59,878 bases of DNA from Candidatus Roizmanbacteria bacterium (GCA_038127095.1 JAYPGZ010000005.1:1-59878); one strand, 5' to 3'; counted from the first letter of the stretch, positions 17,093 through 27,279 are shown. Notes: generated by a model from the sequence alone, not told the origin. Numbers and translations: made by a program.

Positions 17093-20000
17093 TTAATTCA
17101 CTTTCCTCCCGAAGTTATCTACGATGATTGATCCATCTTGTCCATTTACTACTCCGTCTCCATTAATGTCCGCTTTGCCCTTGTAGTCTTGTGTATTGAC
17201 CGCTTGGATATATAAAGCAAAGTCTATGCCATTAATCACATTATCGCCGTTTATATCGGCTCCTAGGCGGTATTCACAGAATGAAAGCATGTAATTTTTA
17301 CCGGCTTGGGAAGGATTGACGGTGTCGGGTGTTGATTCTACCGTATTTAACCAGCATGCATCTGCTTCTTCTGCGCCTATTAACTGTAAGAAATGTGCTT
17401 CTGCTCGCATGCGTACTTCGTCAAACGGCGCGGCTAAAATATCAATCAACAATTGACTGTCGTATTTAGGCAAAAACGAAATTCGATAATCTTCTTCTTG
17501 TGCAATAACCATATTACCTTCACTGTCTGTTGAGAGGGGATTGTCGGTAATGTCGTTAATATAAATTCCATTAATTACTAATTTTCCTTCGTCGGTCTTT
17601 TGGTAATCAGGGAATGCGTCTGCGAATCCAACAGGTGCAACGCCCTGAGGAGCAATAGCCTTACTTGGTGGGAATGGAGGAATTACCTGGCGTTGCGATG
17701 ATTTTGCCGGATCAATTCCTTCAAAGTCACGTGGACATTCGTTGAGATTAGTTTCCCATGAAACAATACCATTATTAGGCTTAAACTTCGAAACTTCCCA
17801 CGTTACTACACTTGCACTATTATTTTGAATAGTTTCTAGTTCATCATCGCCAGTTCTGTCACCATTGGGGCCAAATGGATCTTGCTGGCAATTATCGTCT
17901 GTTGCTTCACAACGACTCATTTGCCAACGAAGCTTGGCAGGATCGCTTTTTTTATTGTGGTAGCACACTGAAACCCGTTGTACATTTCCTTTTGAATCTC
18001 GTTCCACATCGCCAGCGCATGAAAATGAACCAGGAAGCTCTGATCGTATATTGCGTTTGCCATCATTATTTGCAACTGACCAACACAAATTACTGTCACC
18101 ACCTTCTTCATATTCATCTACATCGTACAAGTTTAGAGCAAATGTATTAAATTCGTTGTTTTGCACATCGCTTGATCGGGTAAATTCAGCTTGTCCTTCT
18201 TTGGAAATACATTCGGGTACGTCGTTATCGCGTGTGTAAAGGTTAACAGTATATGGCACATCACGCAACCATGTGTTTTTGGTGCGTGCATTTTGACGGC
18301 TGCTACTGGTAGGACGGTTGTATTTTAAATTACATCGTGCCTCGGTGTCGCTTGGGTCAATGTCGTGAATTGAGCATACAACAACTCCGTTGTCGGTTGG
18401 TTCAACAATATCTAAATCATACGCGTTAAATGTACAATCAGCGTCGGCGGGTTGTTCCCAGCGCAATTTTACCGATGAAGCAGAAACATCATCGCGCTGT
18501 ATGTCTTTTATTTTTGGTTCGCATCGATCGGTAAGTGAACATTGTGCTTGTGGTTTACGTTCAACAACCCAACCGTAGTTATATTCTTGACCGCAGCCTA
18601 CTGGTAATTTATCTATTCGTCGCGCGTCGTTTATTGAATCATTTTCATCTATATCAATACATTTTCCTGTATGATCGCATTTTGCAACGATTCTAAATTT
18701 GTCTTTGGGATAGTATAAATACACACTTGCAATATCGTATGGTTTTTTGCGCAAGTCATATGAATCTGCCGGCGTATTGTTGCTGTCTACGCAGCAATAG
18801 CGCTCCCCAGTTAGGTCACATCCATTTGGTCCGCAGGGTTGTAATTGACCATCATTGTCAAATGGGGCCCGATAAAATACGTCTTCTCCGAATTTCTTTA
18901 ACCGTTTATCGTTGGTAGTACTCCATTTTTCTGCATCGTCTCCAACCTCGGCAAATAGCGTGTCTTTTCCATTTTCACGGATTTTCACATAGGCAACTGG
19001 ATTGAATTTGCAACTTGGGGCTTCTTTTGGTGCAACAGTTGCCACTGGTCCGCATTCACTTGCGGGAACAGATATAGTGAAGTCGCGTGTATCGGATGCG
19101 GTAACAGGGCTTGTATGATGCTTAGAATAGTAAGCGGTTAAGTCATTTTTCATTGAACTGTCAGGTATTTGATACTCAACACCTTCTTCAAGTGCCTTGT
19201 TTTGACTATCGGTAACCAAGCGATAATTGAATACGTACAGATCGTTTTCGGGATCACTTTCGGATTCATTGACCCAAATACTGTCGTCGGCAGGCTTGTT
19301 TTGCGTTAGGTCGGTTTGTACTAAATCTTTACAATCTGCTCGTGTACCACCTTTTTCACATCGAGAAACTCGCATGCTTTCAGGTTCTTTACAGCTCTTT
19401 ACTGTTATTTTTCCAGAAATTTGTGGTTTTTCAGTTGATTTTGGAGTTACGGTTGGTTCGCACATCATGGTGCGTACAATGTGAATGTTGCAGTCTCGGA
19501 AGTCGGAAAAAATGTCGTCATCCGCAGCGCCATCTGTCCAATTCTGAACGATTGCAGTGTATTCGCCAAATACTTTTCGTACGCCAAGCCCGCTTTGTAC
19601 ACCGTCTTTTGCGCTTGCACCGCAATTGTTCAACGCTGCTACGTAAAGTGTTTCTGCGTCGTCCGCAGAAATAGATGCTCCAATAGCCCCTTCAATATAT
19701 GGCTTAACAAACAAGCGTGCTCTTTGAGATGTTCCAATTGCATCGGTAATAATGGTTTCGATGACCGGATGAACCCATAATGAAATTGAACGAATTATGG
19801 TGCCATCGCGACCGCCTTCCATGCCTACATTTACGCTATCAAATGAAATATCGGCAAATCGAGATGGATTCTTTTTGATTGCATTTACGATAGCATCACG
19901 AATAACCTTTTTTACTTCATCATCGACAGCCTGATTAATTGAGCGTACCGAACCGAGTGGAATAAGGGTAAAAAGGTCGGTTGGTGTAAGGTGTTTGTAA

Positions 20001-21169
20001 TATAAATTCGCCGGATCAGCTACAAGTGCTTTATCGGCAGCAGAAGGCCCCGAACTTTGATCGGTAATAAGACAATCGAGCGCACTTGTAGGCCATCCAC
20101 CATTACTATCACTTGGACAATCTGCATAGGCATGTTTTTGAGCCCACGCTGACGTTATGAATCGATTTCTGTCGTTATCAAGCCAACCCGGAGCATTTTG
20201 TACGCACGCTGATTGTGTTGGGATAGGTGTATTACTCGGACGTGAACAGGTAGGGAAGGGGGGATTATTGCATGGCGTTTTGGTTGGAGCGGTTGTTGGA
20301 GCAACAGCACCCTTACATCGTGGGTCGAGTGGAAATCCAATTGAAAGGCATACAGTGTCGGTGGAACAGTTCTTTTGCCCTGCAGGACACGCCATGGTTA
20401 CGCATTGTAAGCCAGGCTCGCAGGTATTTCCTGGTTGTGTACACGGCTTTCCACAAGCCCCAGGAGTACCGGGTAATGCTGTTGGTGCCACTGTTGCACG
20501 GACTGTTGGAGCTACGCTTGGACGCGTGCTTGGAGTGTTTGTAATACTCGGCTGTGTAGATGGAGTGCTTGCAGATGACGGAACGACAGATGGTTGAATA
20601 GTCGGAGATACGGTTGGCGTGCAAATTCCATTTTTATTAACTTTAAAACGTCGGAAGTTTGGCCAACGGCCTTGTCGATTACTTTGTAAATGTAAATACA
20701 CATCGACACAAGAATCGGTCAGTGGGGCGTTGAATTTTGTTATTAACGTGAAACGGCGGGCGGCTGTGGCTTTTGTGTTAGTTAGGATTGCATCACCTTC
20801 AAAGTCCGGCTTGATACAGGGCGCAGGGTAATCAGATGCTCCTCCATTAAATGTTTGTGCGTATACATTTGATAATAAATGCTTTCCTGGAGGATCATCG
20901 GTTGCCCACAAGGTGGTTTTTTCTATGCCGCTTCCCAAACCAGCACCAAAACATAGATTTCCTGTAATTTCAATTTCATTAGGTGCAGTAACTAACACAT
21001 TCAATGTTGTTTTTTGTTCGGTACGTTCAATGCGGGGAACAGGGGCATACGCGCTGCTATTTAAAATCCGACTACCAGCGCCTAGCAAAGCGCCAAATGT
21101 AACAATTAATGCAGATAAAGCAATTAGTGTAGTCGCGATTTCTCCGGAGTTGCGCTTGGCAGAGTACAT
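17093..21169 (-). CDS. Giant surface protein (1358 aa): TM anchor, P/T linker, Cys-rich region, YGW module, FN3-like domain, C-terminal type-I-like dockerin
   Basis: N-terminus IATTLIALSALIVTFGALLGAGS. Module runs from CKFNPVAYVK to CGQEYNYGWVV. Dockerin: DINGDNVINGIDFALYIQAV ... DINGDGVVNGQDGSIIVDNF. Confidence 0.8.
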   Translation of the reverse strand: MYSAKRNSGEIATTLIALSALIVTFGALLGAGSRILNSSAYAPVPRIERTEQKTTLNVLVTAPNEIEITGNLCFGAGLGSGIEKTTLWATDDPPGKHLLSNVYAQTFNGGASDYPAPCIKPDFEGDAILTNTKATAARRFTLITKFNAPLTDSCVDVYLHLQSNRQGRWPNFRRFKVNKNGICTPTVSPTIQPSVVPSSASTPSTQPSITNTPSTRPSVAPTVRATVAPTALPGTPGACGKPCTQPGNTCEPGLQCVTMACPAGQKNCSTDTVCLSIGFPLDPRCKGAVAPTTAPTKTPCNNPPFPTCSRPSNTPIPTQSACVQNAPGWLDNDRNRFITSAWAQKHAYADCPSDSNGGWPTSALDCLITDQSSGPSAADKALVADPANLYYKHLTPTDLFTLIPLGSVRSINQAVDDEVKKVIRDAIVNAIKKNPSRFADISFDSVNVGMEGGRDGTIIRSISLWVHPVIETIITDAIGTSQRARLFVKPYIEGAIGASISADDAETLYVAALNNCGASAKDGVQSGLGVRKVFGEYTAIVQNWTDGAADDDIFSDFRDCNIHIVRTMMCEPTVTPKSTEKPQISGKITVKSCKEPESMRVSRCEKGGTRADCKDLVQTDLTQNKPADDSIWVNESESDPENDLYVFNYRLVTDSQNKALEEGVEYQIPDSSMKNDLTAYYSKHHTSPVTASDTRDFTISVPASECGPVATVAPKEAPSCKFNPVAYVKIRENGKDTLFAEVGDDAEKWSTTNDKRLKKFGEDVFYRAPFDNDGQLQPCGPNGCDLTGERYCCVDSNNTPADSYDLRKKPYDIASVYLYYPKDKFRIVAKCDHTGKCIDIDENDSINDARRIDKLPVGCGQEYNYGWVVERKPQAQCSLTDRCEPKIKDIQRDDVSASSVKLRWEQPADADCTFNAYDLDIVEPTDNGVVVCSIHDIDPSDTEARCNLKYNRPTSSSRQNARTKNTWLRDVPYTVNLYTRDNDVPECISKEGQAEFTRSSDVQNNEFNTFALNLYDVDEYEEGGDSNLCWSVANNDGKRNIRSELPGSFSCAGDVERDSKGNVQRVSVCYHNKKSDPAKLRWQMSRCEATDDNCQQDPFGPNGDRTGDDELETIQNNSASVVTWEVSKFKPNNGIVSWETNLNECPRDFEGIDPAKSSQRQVIPPFPPSKAIAPQGVAPVGFADAFPDYQKTDEGKLVINGIYINDITDNPLSTDSEGNMVIAQEEDYRISFLPKYDSQLLIDILAAPFDEVRMRAEAHFLQLIGAEEADACWLNTVESTPDTVNPSQAGKNYMLSFCEYRLGADINGDNVINGIDFALYIQAVNTQDYKGKADINGDGVVNGQDGSIIVDNFGRKVN

Positions 21170-21270
21170 ATGTTCATTCTAGAATATTTCGGATGTATTA
21201 GTCAAGCGAAGTCATGATGACCGAGTTTTCTCCTGACTGCATACGGATTATTGAAATGACAAAGGTGATG

Positions 21271-21308
21271 GTCATTTCGACTCGGCTGTTGTGCCGGGGA
21301 GAAATCTC
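21271..21308 (+). repeat. REP-like element (GTCATTTC..GAAATCTC)
   Basis: gtcatttcgactcggctgttgtgccggggagaaatctc. Near-twin of 43782..43820. Confidence 0.7.
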
Positions 21309-21328
21309 TGACCGTCTGTTAAAAATAA

Positions 21329-24300
21329 TTACTTACAGGCGTTCTGTCCAAGGAAGCTAAAGAATAGGGAAGTGTCAGAAGCATTTACCGTTCCACTTCC
21401 ATCTAGGTCACGCAGACCTGTTGCATCGGCGCTTGTTACTTTACAGTCACGATTAGTGTCGGCGACCTTAAGTGGGTCAACGACTGAAGTTTGAACGGTG
21501 TTGTTTGACTGAGCAGTAATCGTGAATTGTAAACCACCGTCGCTGGTAATAAGCTGTTGAGGACATTGCTTACTTGTTCCATTCGTGTAGTTAATTACAC
21601 AACTTAATCGTCGAGTGGTAGTTGGAACAGAGAACGTTGGCTTAAATTTGGTACTTGCCCCAGCAGCCAATTGCAACGGAACGGTGTTTGACGAACATTT
21701 GTTAGAAGAGTCACAGGCTGCGATTGAGACAGATTTTATGGCAGATGAGGAGTTGTTGCGAAGAGAGATGGAGGAGACAATGGAATTGAATGCTGGTTTA
21801 GTGGGAAATCTTACTCTTCTACTATCGACAGTCCAGTTAATATCTCTATAGTTGTTAAAACCTGGTGCTTCATAAATATGACACCCTGTTTTTACGCCAC
21901 TGTTCCCAATTTGGTTACACCCATCACCTGATGGCATGCCTGTAGCTATTACCATACCATTATTGTCAGCAAGTGAAAGTGTCAACCAATAATGGTGACC
22001 TTTTTTGGAATTCTCAATAATATGTGTATTTCTTACAGATATGCCATTGGGATTAGCCACCAATTTCTCAAATACACTTTGTGCTGATCCAGGTACTAAT
22101 TCATTTTTTTCATTGTATTCTTGAATATCGATAATAATCTTGTATTTTTCCTGTCCTTCATTAATAAAGTATTTAACCTTATTCATGAGGGTTAAGGAAT
22201 TTAATTTGGTTCCATTTTCGCCAGTAGCATTTAAGGTGATCAATTGATCCCATGCACCCTTTGTTTTGTAGCCAGTTCTAAGCGTGTATGCACGGAGAGT
22301 ATTCTGTTTTTCTGTTCCATCGACTTCATATGTAGTTTCGACTACGTAATAATAGGTAGGAAATGAGTCATCTACATTGTCGATAGTGAAGGTATAATTA
22401 TTACCGTCGTCCCCAATTGTAGCTGTTTGGAACTCTCCATTTACATCATCGGTTCTATATTTTACATTGACATCTGTTATATCAATCTTTTTACCTTCTA
22501 ATGAATCATCCAATTTATAAGTCAGTTTACCCGTAACGGTGAAACCAGTTTTTTTGTCGCCACCATTTCCTGGCTTGTCAATTGGTTTAGGTTTATCGTC
22601 GTTTTTAGGTTGTGATGATTTAACTCCTGAATCACCTTGGGCGCATGGAACTCCGTTTCCAGTTGATGTGCGTAGATTTTCATCCACCATATAGCATTGG
22701 CCCTTTTTTAGCGTTACTGATGTGTCACCATATGTAGTATTTACGCCTGGTCCTGCGTTACATTGTGAGAGTTGATAGGGATTGCCGTTTTTATCTTTTA
22801 AATCTATAGCAGAACAAGCGGTGCAATCATCTCTTTTTGGCATTACATCTATAGAATCGGTGTTAGAATCATTTCGAAGTCTAACAACTACTTCGCGTTT
22901 TTCATTACGTGGGGCCAAACAATCAAATCGTTTATCAGTAATGCTTTGTGCCCAGTCGTCGGTACCGTTGTATCCGTGTCGACAATCACCATGACTCCAT
23001 GCTCCCCAACACACGCCTACGCTTTTATTCACGAGCCAATCAAGTTGCTTGGTATTCATGCGTTCACCAACTGGTTCTCCGGTTGGTTCAGGTTTATTCT
23101 CATCTCCACCATTGTCGCGTGTAGGTCGGTTAAATGAACCAATGCCGTTAAATCCAGGACACAAGTCGGTTGCCCCAGGGATTTCTTTAATTGCGTAAAC
23201 ATTAGCTACATAGTTGTGTCCTCGAATAAAGTCACCATTACCATTATCGTATGATTTATCAACTCGGCATTCAGCTTTGGTTTTACTAATTCTGTCGCAT
23301 GTTTTTACAACAGCGTTTGGATTTTGTGTCATATTTACCAGGTCGATGCGGTAGAAATCGCCATTTGATGTATTGAATGGGCATGAACTTGATACAGGAT
23401 CCCATGAAACTTCTACTCGACTTGTTGACTTTAATTTTGCTCGCACGTTCTTAGGTGTGCAATTATCGGCATTGGCATTGTCTCGCATTACACATTGGCC
23501 AGGATTGCCATCGGGAAGTTTTCTAACGATCCAACCGTACCGTGTAACCTTAGTATTGCAGTCAAAGTTGAAGCCATCTGTCGGACTTCCATATTGATCT
23601 AAATTGCGTCCGGTAACTGGTTCAGGGCTACTTGGACATCCTCTTCCTTGACAATCTGTTTTTCCTACAATCTGCCATTTATTAGTGTCGATATACAAGT
23701 TTACTTGTGCCTTATCGCCCTGATTGTATAGTGCATTTGGATCAGCAGGTGTGCTATTTCGGAATGTAAGACGATCTGTCTTAAATGTATACTTTGATGT
23801 TCTTTCTCCATTAATAATTTCTCCATAGTTCTTAAACAATGTGGTTGGTTTTGCCGGTTGTTTATCATTTGCAAGTCCCCACTTATTAAGATCACCCATT
23901 TGCGAAAGGGGAATAGGTAATTGAGTTGCTTCATCAACAACGACTGCTGTTGCTTCATAGTTACATGCCATAGGTGAAGGATTGACAGTAGGTGGAACAG
24001 AGCTTGGAGTAACCGGTGGACACACTATATTGTTTTGTGGTACCTCGTAATTAATCACCGCTTCTGTTTGACCAGTTGGAATAGTGGCATTAGCTCGAAT
24101 GTTGCCAAGTTGTGCGGCTGGGAAAGAAACTCTTCCTGGTTCACGGATTAATCCTGTTGATGTGTATTGTGCAAATGCCTGCATATTTTCATAGAATGCA
24201 TTTGTTACAACAGGTTCCATGCCTCCGTTTGCTCCAGGAGCCTGCAGGTGTTCATAGGAATAAATCCACTTATTTGGATTAACAGGATCTTGTCCAATAA

Positions 24301-25438
24301 ATGATACAGGTCCTGCTGTGTCAATACATCGGGCCGGGTTATTTTTTTCACAAATTATGGTACTTACGCTGTCTGGCTTTTTGCAGGAATTAACCACAAT
24401 TTCTCCACGTATTTTCGCTTGTGCAGGACTGTTGGTAGGAGCTTGACTAATGGCTCTCGTTGGTGTTACCGATGGATTACATTTAGGATTAAGACTTTGG
24501 CACACTCCAATTTGCAATGGGTCATTTTTTGCATGTAAACAGGCGTATCCAACAGGGCATGGATTTGCTTTGGAACATCGTATGTCTCCTCGACAATCGC
24601 CAACAGGTGTTATTGAAGGACATGGTTTTTTAGGATCAGGACATCGTTGGGTATCGGTGGGGAGAATAATGGCTGTTACAAATGGTCCGGGTGAAACACG
24701 GGTGTCAATAGTTGGTCGAGCTGTGGGTACTTTAATAGTAGGGAATTCAGTTAATACTGGCTTGTCAGTTGGAACTGGTGTATTTGCTACTGTTGGGGTT
24801 GGTCCACAGTCAACACCCTTGCCCTTCAAAAAGTTGTGCCATGAGTTCATGTCCATTTCGATAGGATCTTTGAACATAAAGCTCGAACTAGAGCTTACAA
24901 ACAATCCGGAACATAATGCATTTGTATATGGTGCCTGTAATTTAAGCGTAAAATCCCATGCTCGCCAATTTGCCTTTCCTACATCGGGGCTGTCGCAGTA
25001 GGGTCGTGATGTTTGTGGAGCAATGTATTCAACTGTTTTTCCTTCATAAACAATACAATCATCCTTTGGATCTGCATTTGTATTATCACACGCTTTTTTT
25101 GGATATCCTTGGTTTGGATCTTTAGGCGTGTGAACCCAGAAGCGCTGCAACTGAGAGGGGATTGTTGCTCCGGTAAAACAGAGTGAACCTCGGATTAATG
25201 TGTATCCTGAATTAGGTTGCCCTGGAATAGTGTCTTTATCTTGAAATGTTGGTCCAGTATAAAAGTGAGCTCTATATGTATTATTGTAGGCAAAACTTCC
25301 TAGCTTAAGAATATTGTTTTGGACTATTTGCTGAGCCCCAAGAAATGTTCCCGCGGCCATTAATACCAATGTGGCCACGGTAAATAACGTGGCTACTTCT
25401 CCCTGACGCTTCCAATTTTTTATTTTCTCTATGTTCAT
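21329..25438 (-). CDS. Giant surface protein (1369 aa), paralog of 17093..21169, with a degenerate C-terminal dockerin
   Basis: Same module order as its paralog: IRGEIVVNSCKKPDSVSTIICEK here versus ISGKITVKSCKEPESMRVSRCEK there. Module runs from CNYEATAVVV to CNTKVTRYGWIV. C-terminus DTNRDCKVTSADATGL..DLDGSGTVNASDTSLFFSFL. Confidence 0.8.
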   Translation of the reverse strand: MNIEKIKNWKRQGEVATLFTVATLVLMAAGTFLGAQQIVQNNILKLGSFAYNNTYRAHFYTGPTFQDKDTIPGQPNSGYTLIRGSLCFTGATIPSQLQRFWVHTPKDPNQGYPKKACDNTNADPKDDCIVYEGKTVEYIAPQTSRPYCDSPDVGKANWRAWDFTLKLQAPYTNALCSGLFVSSSSSFMFKDPIEMDMNSWHNFLKGKGVDCGPTPTVANTPVPTDKPVLTEFPTIKVPTARPTIDTRVSPGPFVTAIILPTDTQRCPDPKKPCPSITPVGDCRGDIRCSKANPCPVGYACLHAKNDPLQIGVCQSLNPKCNPSVTPTRAISQAPTNSPAQAKIRGEIVVNSCKKPDSVSTIICEKNNPARCIDTAGPVSFIGQDPVNPNKWIYSYEHLQAPGANGGMEPVVTNAFYENMQAFAQYTSTGLIREPGRVSFPAAQLGNIRANATIPTGQTEAVINYEVPQNNIVCPPVTPSSVPPTVNPSPMACNYEATAVVVDEATQLPIPLSQMGDLNKWGLANDKQPAKPTTLFKNYGEIINGERTSKYTFKTDRLTFRNSTPADPNALYNQGDKAQVNLYIDTNKWQIVGKTDCQGRGCPSSPEPVTGRNLDQYGSPTDGFNFDCNTKVTRYGWIVRKLPDGNPGQCVMRDNANADNCTPKNVRAKLKSTSRVEVSWDPVSSSCPFNTSNGDFYRIDLVNMTQNPNAVVKTCDRISKTKAECRVDKSYDNGNGDFIRGHNYVANVYAIKEIPGATDLCPGFNGIGSFNRPTRDNGGDENKPEPTGEPVGERMNTKQLDWLVNKSVGVCWGAWSHGDCRHGYNGTDDWAQSITDKRFDCLAPRNEKREVVVRLRNDSNTDSIDVMPKRDDCTACSAIDLKDKNGNPYQLSQCNAGPGVNTTYGDTSVTLKKGQCYMVDENLRTSTGNGVPCAQGDSGVKSSQPKNDDKPKPIDKPGNGGDKKTGFTVTGKLTYKLDDSLEGKKIDITDVNVKYRTDDVNGEFQTATIGDDGNNYTFTIDNVDDSFPTYYYVVETTYEVDGTEKQNTLRAYTLRTGYKTKGAWDQLITLNATGENGTKLNSLTLMNKVKYFINEGQEKYKIIIDIQEYNEKNELVPGSAQSVFEKLVANPNGISVRNTHIIENSKKGHHYWLTLSLADNNGMVIATGMPSGDGCNQIGNSGVKTGCHIYEAPGFNNYRDINWTVDSRRVRFPTKPAFNSIVSSISLRNNSSSAIKSVSIAACDSSNKCSSNTVPLQLAAGASTKFKPTFSVPTTTRRLSCVINYTNGTSKQCPQQLITSDGGLQFTITAQSNNTVQTSVVDPLKVADTNRDCKVTSADATGLRDLDGSGTVNASDTSLFFSFLGQNACK

Positions 25439-26034
25439 TGTGTGGTGTAAATGCCTCCAACTGTGCTGCCCAGCGTATTTTCGCCGTTGATCGCAGTAAG
25501 CGTTTTGGTATGGTCAAAGTCAATAACAACCGATTTTGCTCCGGCTTTTGGAGTAATGGTGAAGCTAAATACGACTCCTTCTTTTCGATCGGTTGGGCTT
25601 TGTTCAGAAAGCGAACCATTGTATGTGATTTTTCCATTTTCATCTTTCATACCGATGACGCGAGGGAATACGTTTCCGTTAGTAAGTCCCGAAACAGTGA
25701 CTTGCTTTGGATCGTACTTTAAAACAACATCCGCAGCTGTGACTGGTAGTTTTGAAAGAACAACATCGACTTTTGTAGCTTGTCCCACTTTTACAGTTTG
25801 CTTAGCAGGTGATAAGGCGACCGTTGTAGATGGTTTTGCATTTTCAAGTGCACCAGAAGTTGGTGTGCTAGTTGTGCTTGAATCGGTTCCTGATTTTTTT
25901 GTTACGTTGGCTCCTACAATAATACTAATAATAAAGAGTCCAAAAATAATGGCGATCACAGCCATTTTTCGATTTTGATCGAGCTTGTTAAATTCTGCAA
26001 GGTCTTGTTTGATGGTACTTGATAGATTTGTCAT
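25435..26034 (-). CDS. Membrane-anchored cohesin-like domain protein
   Basis: ATG 26034 (MTNLSS...), TM segment MAVIAIIFGLFIISIIVGA, then VKVGQATKVDVVLSKLPVTAADVVLKYDPKQVTVSGLTNGNVF. Its stop overlaps the start of the giant gene as ATGA (25435-25438). Confidence 0.65.
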   Translation of the reverse strand: MTNLSSTIKQDLAEFNKLDQNRKMAVIAIIFGLFIISIIVGANVTKKSGTDSSTTSTPTSGALENAKPSTTVALSPAKQTVKVGQATKVDVVLSKLPVTAADVVLKYDPKQVTVSGLTNGNVFPRVIGMKDENGKITYNGSLSEQSPTDRKEGVVFSFTITPKAGAKSVVIDFDHTKTLTAINGENTLGSTVGGIYTTQ

Positions 26035-26117
26035 ATTAATTGATTGTAGATAAGTTCGATATTCAATGTCAAGTGGGAAAATGGATACTTTTGAATACAC
26101 CGCTCGCGGAGGCCTGT

Positions 26118-26178
26118 CATGCCCTCGTCCCATCGTTTTTTGCGAAGCAAAAAGCCGATAGGACTCCCTCCGGGCATG
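26118..26178. repeat. GC-rich 61-bp imperfect palindrome
   Basis: CATGCCC..TCCCATCG pairs with CGATAGGA..GGGCATG around a central TTTTTGC-GAA-GCAAAAA hairpin. It lies in a 345-bp intergenic gap. Confidence 0.6.
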
Positions 26179-26258
26179 CCACCCGCTCGCACCGTTTCAA
26201 ATGCATTAAGAGGAGCTTTTGTGCCTAATATACGGTACCCCCGTATCATATATTACAT

Positions 26259-26298
26259 GTCACTCTGAGCGTTCCGCCCACTGGCGGAGAAGAGTCTC
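26259..26298 (+). repeat. REP-like element (GTCACTCT..AGAGTCTC)
   Basis: gtcactctgagcgttccgcccactggcggagaagagtctc. Confidence 0.65.
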
Positions 26299-26310
26299 TG
26301 TATTTCCTCC

Positions 26311-26340
26311 TTGACAACATATTATTGATTCTTTTATAGT
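26311..26340 (+). promoter_or_regulatory. Sigma-70-type promoter, TTGACA-18 nt-TATAGT
   Basis: TTGACA at 26311-26316 and TATAGT at 26335-26340, upstream of ORF 26380. Confidence 0.5.
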
Positions 26341-26379
26341 GAATGTATCGGGTTTAAAAAGTTGAACCCTACAATATAT

Positions 26380-27279
26380 ATGAATGTAACGCTCTATACA
26401 ATTAGTGATGCAGAATCAGATTTTTGCAAGCAGGCTAAAGACTTCCTAAATGCGCACAATATTCCCTTTGAAAATAAAGATGTTGAGCACGATAGAACAG
26501 CCCTTTCAGCTATGCTAGCTGTTTCAGAAAACTTTTCAGGCGTGCCAGTTATGGTAGTTGGAGAAGGCGCGGATCAGAAAGTAGTAAAGGGATTTACCCC
26601 ACAAGAATTTGAACAGGCACTTGGATTATCAGCACAATCTGAACCTGCTGTTTCAATGCCACCAGTGCAAGAAATGCCAGTTGCTCCAACACCATGGCCA
26701 GCAGAGGAACAAAAAATAGATCAAAATATAGCACAAGTAGATCAGTATGCCAGTATGCCAGCTGCGGCACCGGTTATGCCACCAGTTGAACCGGTTGCTT
26801 CGGTTGAACCGGTTACAGTTCCTGCAGCTCCTGAAGAACCAGTCGTTGCTGAACCAATGGCAACCCCAGAGCCGGCTGCTCCTGCAGCTCCTCCGTTAAC
26901 ACCTCCTACCGACGCTTCTCACGACGATGACTTAAAAGGAATTATGGATACATTATCGCAAAACGGCATGCAAACAACTCCACCAGCTTCAATGGAGCCA
27001 ACTGCAGTTGTTGCTGAGCCAACACCAGTAGTTGAAGAACCTGTTGCGCCAGCCGTAACGCCTCCGGCGGAATTTACAGCAACGGCACCGGCAAGTCCTG
27101 AGCCAGTTACTCCTTCAGTTACCGAACCATCGACATGGGCGAATCAACCGGCTTCAACAATGCCAGCTGCTCCTAGTACCACTGCAGCACCAGCATGGAA
27201 TAGTGAACCAGCAGCTCCAACTGAGCCCACAGCTCCAGCAGCTGATATGCCTTCTGTTCCCGATTTTCCACAGAAGTAA
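26380..27279 (+). CDS. Glutaredoxin/NrdH-like thioredoxin-fold domain fused to a long Pro/Ala/Glu/Thr-rich tail
   Basis: VTLYTISDAESDFCKQAKDFLNAHNIPFENKDV...GVPVMVVG..VVKGFTPQEFEQAL. SDFC stands in place of CxxC. About 220 aa of low complexity follow. Confidence 0.6.
   Translation: MNVTLYTISDAESDFCKQAKDFLNAHNIPFENKDVEHDRTALSAMLAVSENFSGVPVMVVGEGADQKVVKGFTPQEFEQALGLSAQSEPAVSMPPVQEMPVAPTPWPAEEQKIDQNIAQVDQYASMPAAAPVMPPVEPVASVEPVTVPAAPEEPVVAEPMATPEPAAPAAPPLTPPTDASHDDDLKGIMDTLSQNGMQTTPPASMEPTAVVAEPTPVVEEPVAPAVTPPAEFTATAPASPEPVTPSVTEPSTWANQPASTMPAAPSTTAAPAWNSEPAAPTEPTAPAADMPSVPDFPQK

Noticed and set aside
26095-26200. Considered as an SRP (4.5S) RNA or a riboswitch because of CCGGAGGGAG-like sequence in a GC-rich hairpin.
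   Set aside because: It lacks the conserved GGAA/GNRA apical loop with the AGCA/GGUCC symmetric-loop context. The apex is an A/T hairpin. It is kept only as an unexplained palindrome.
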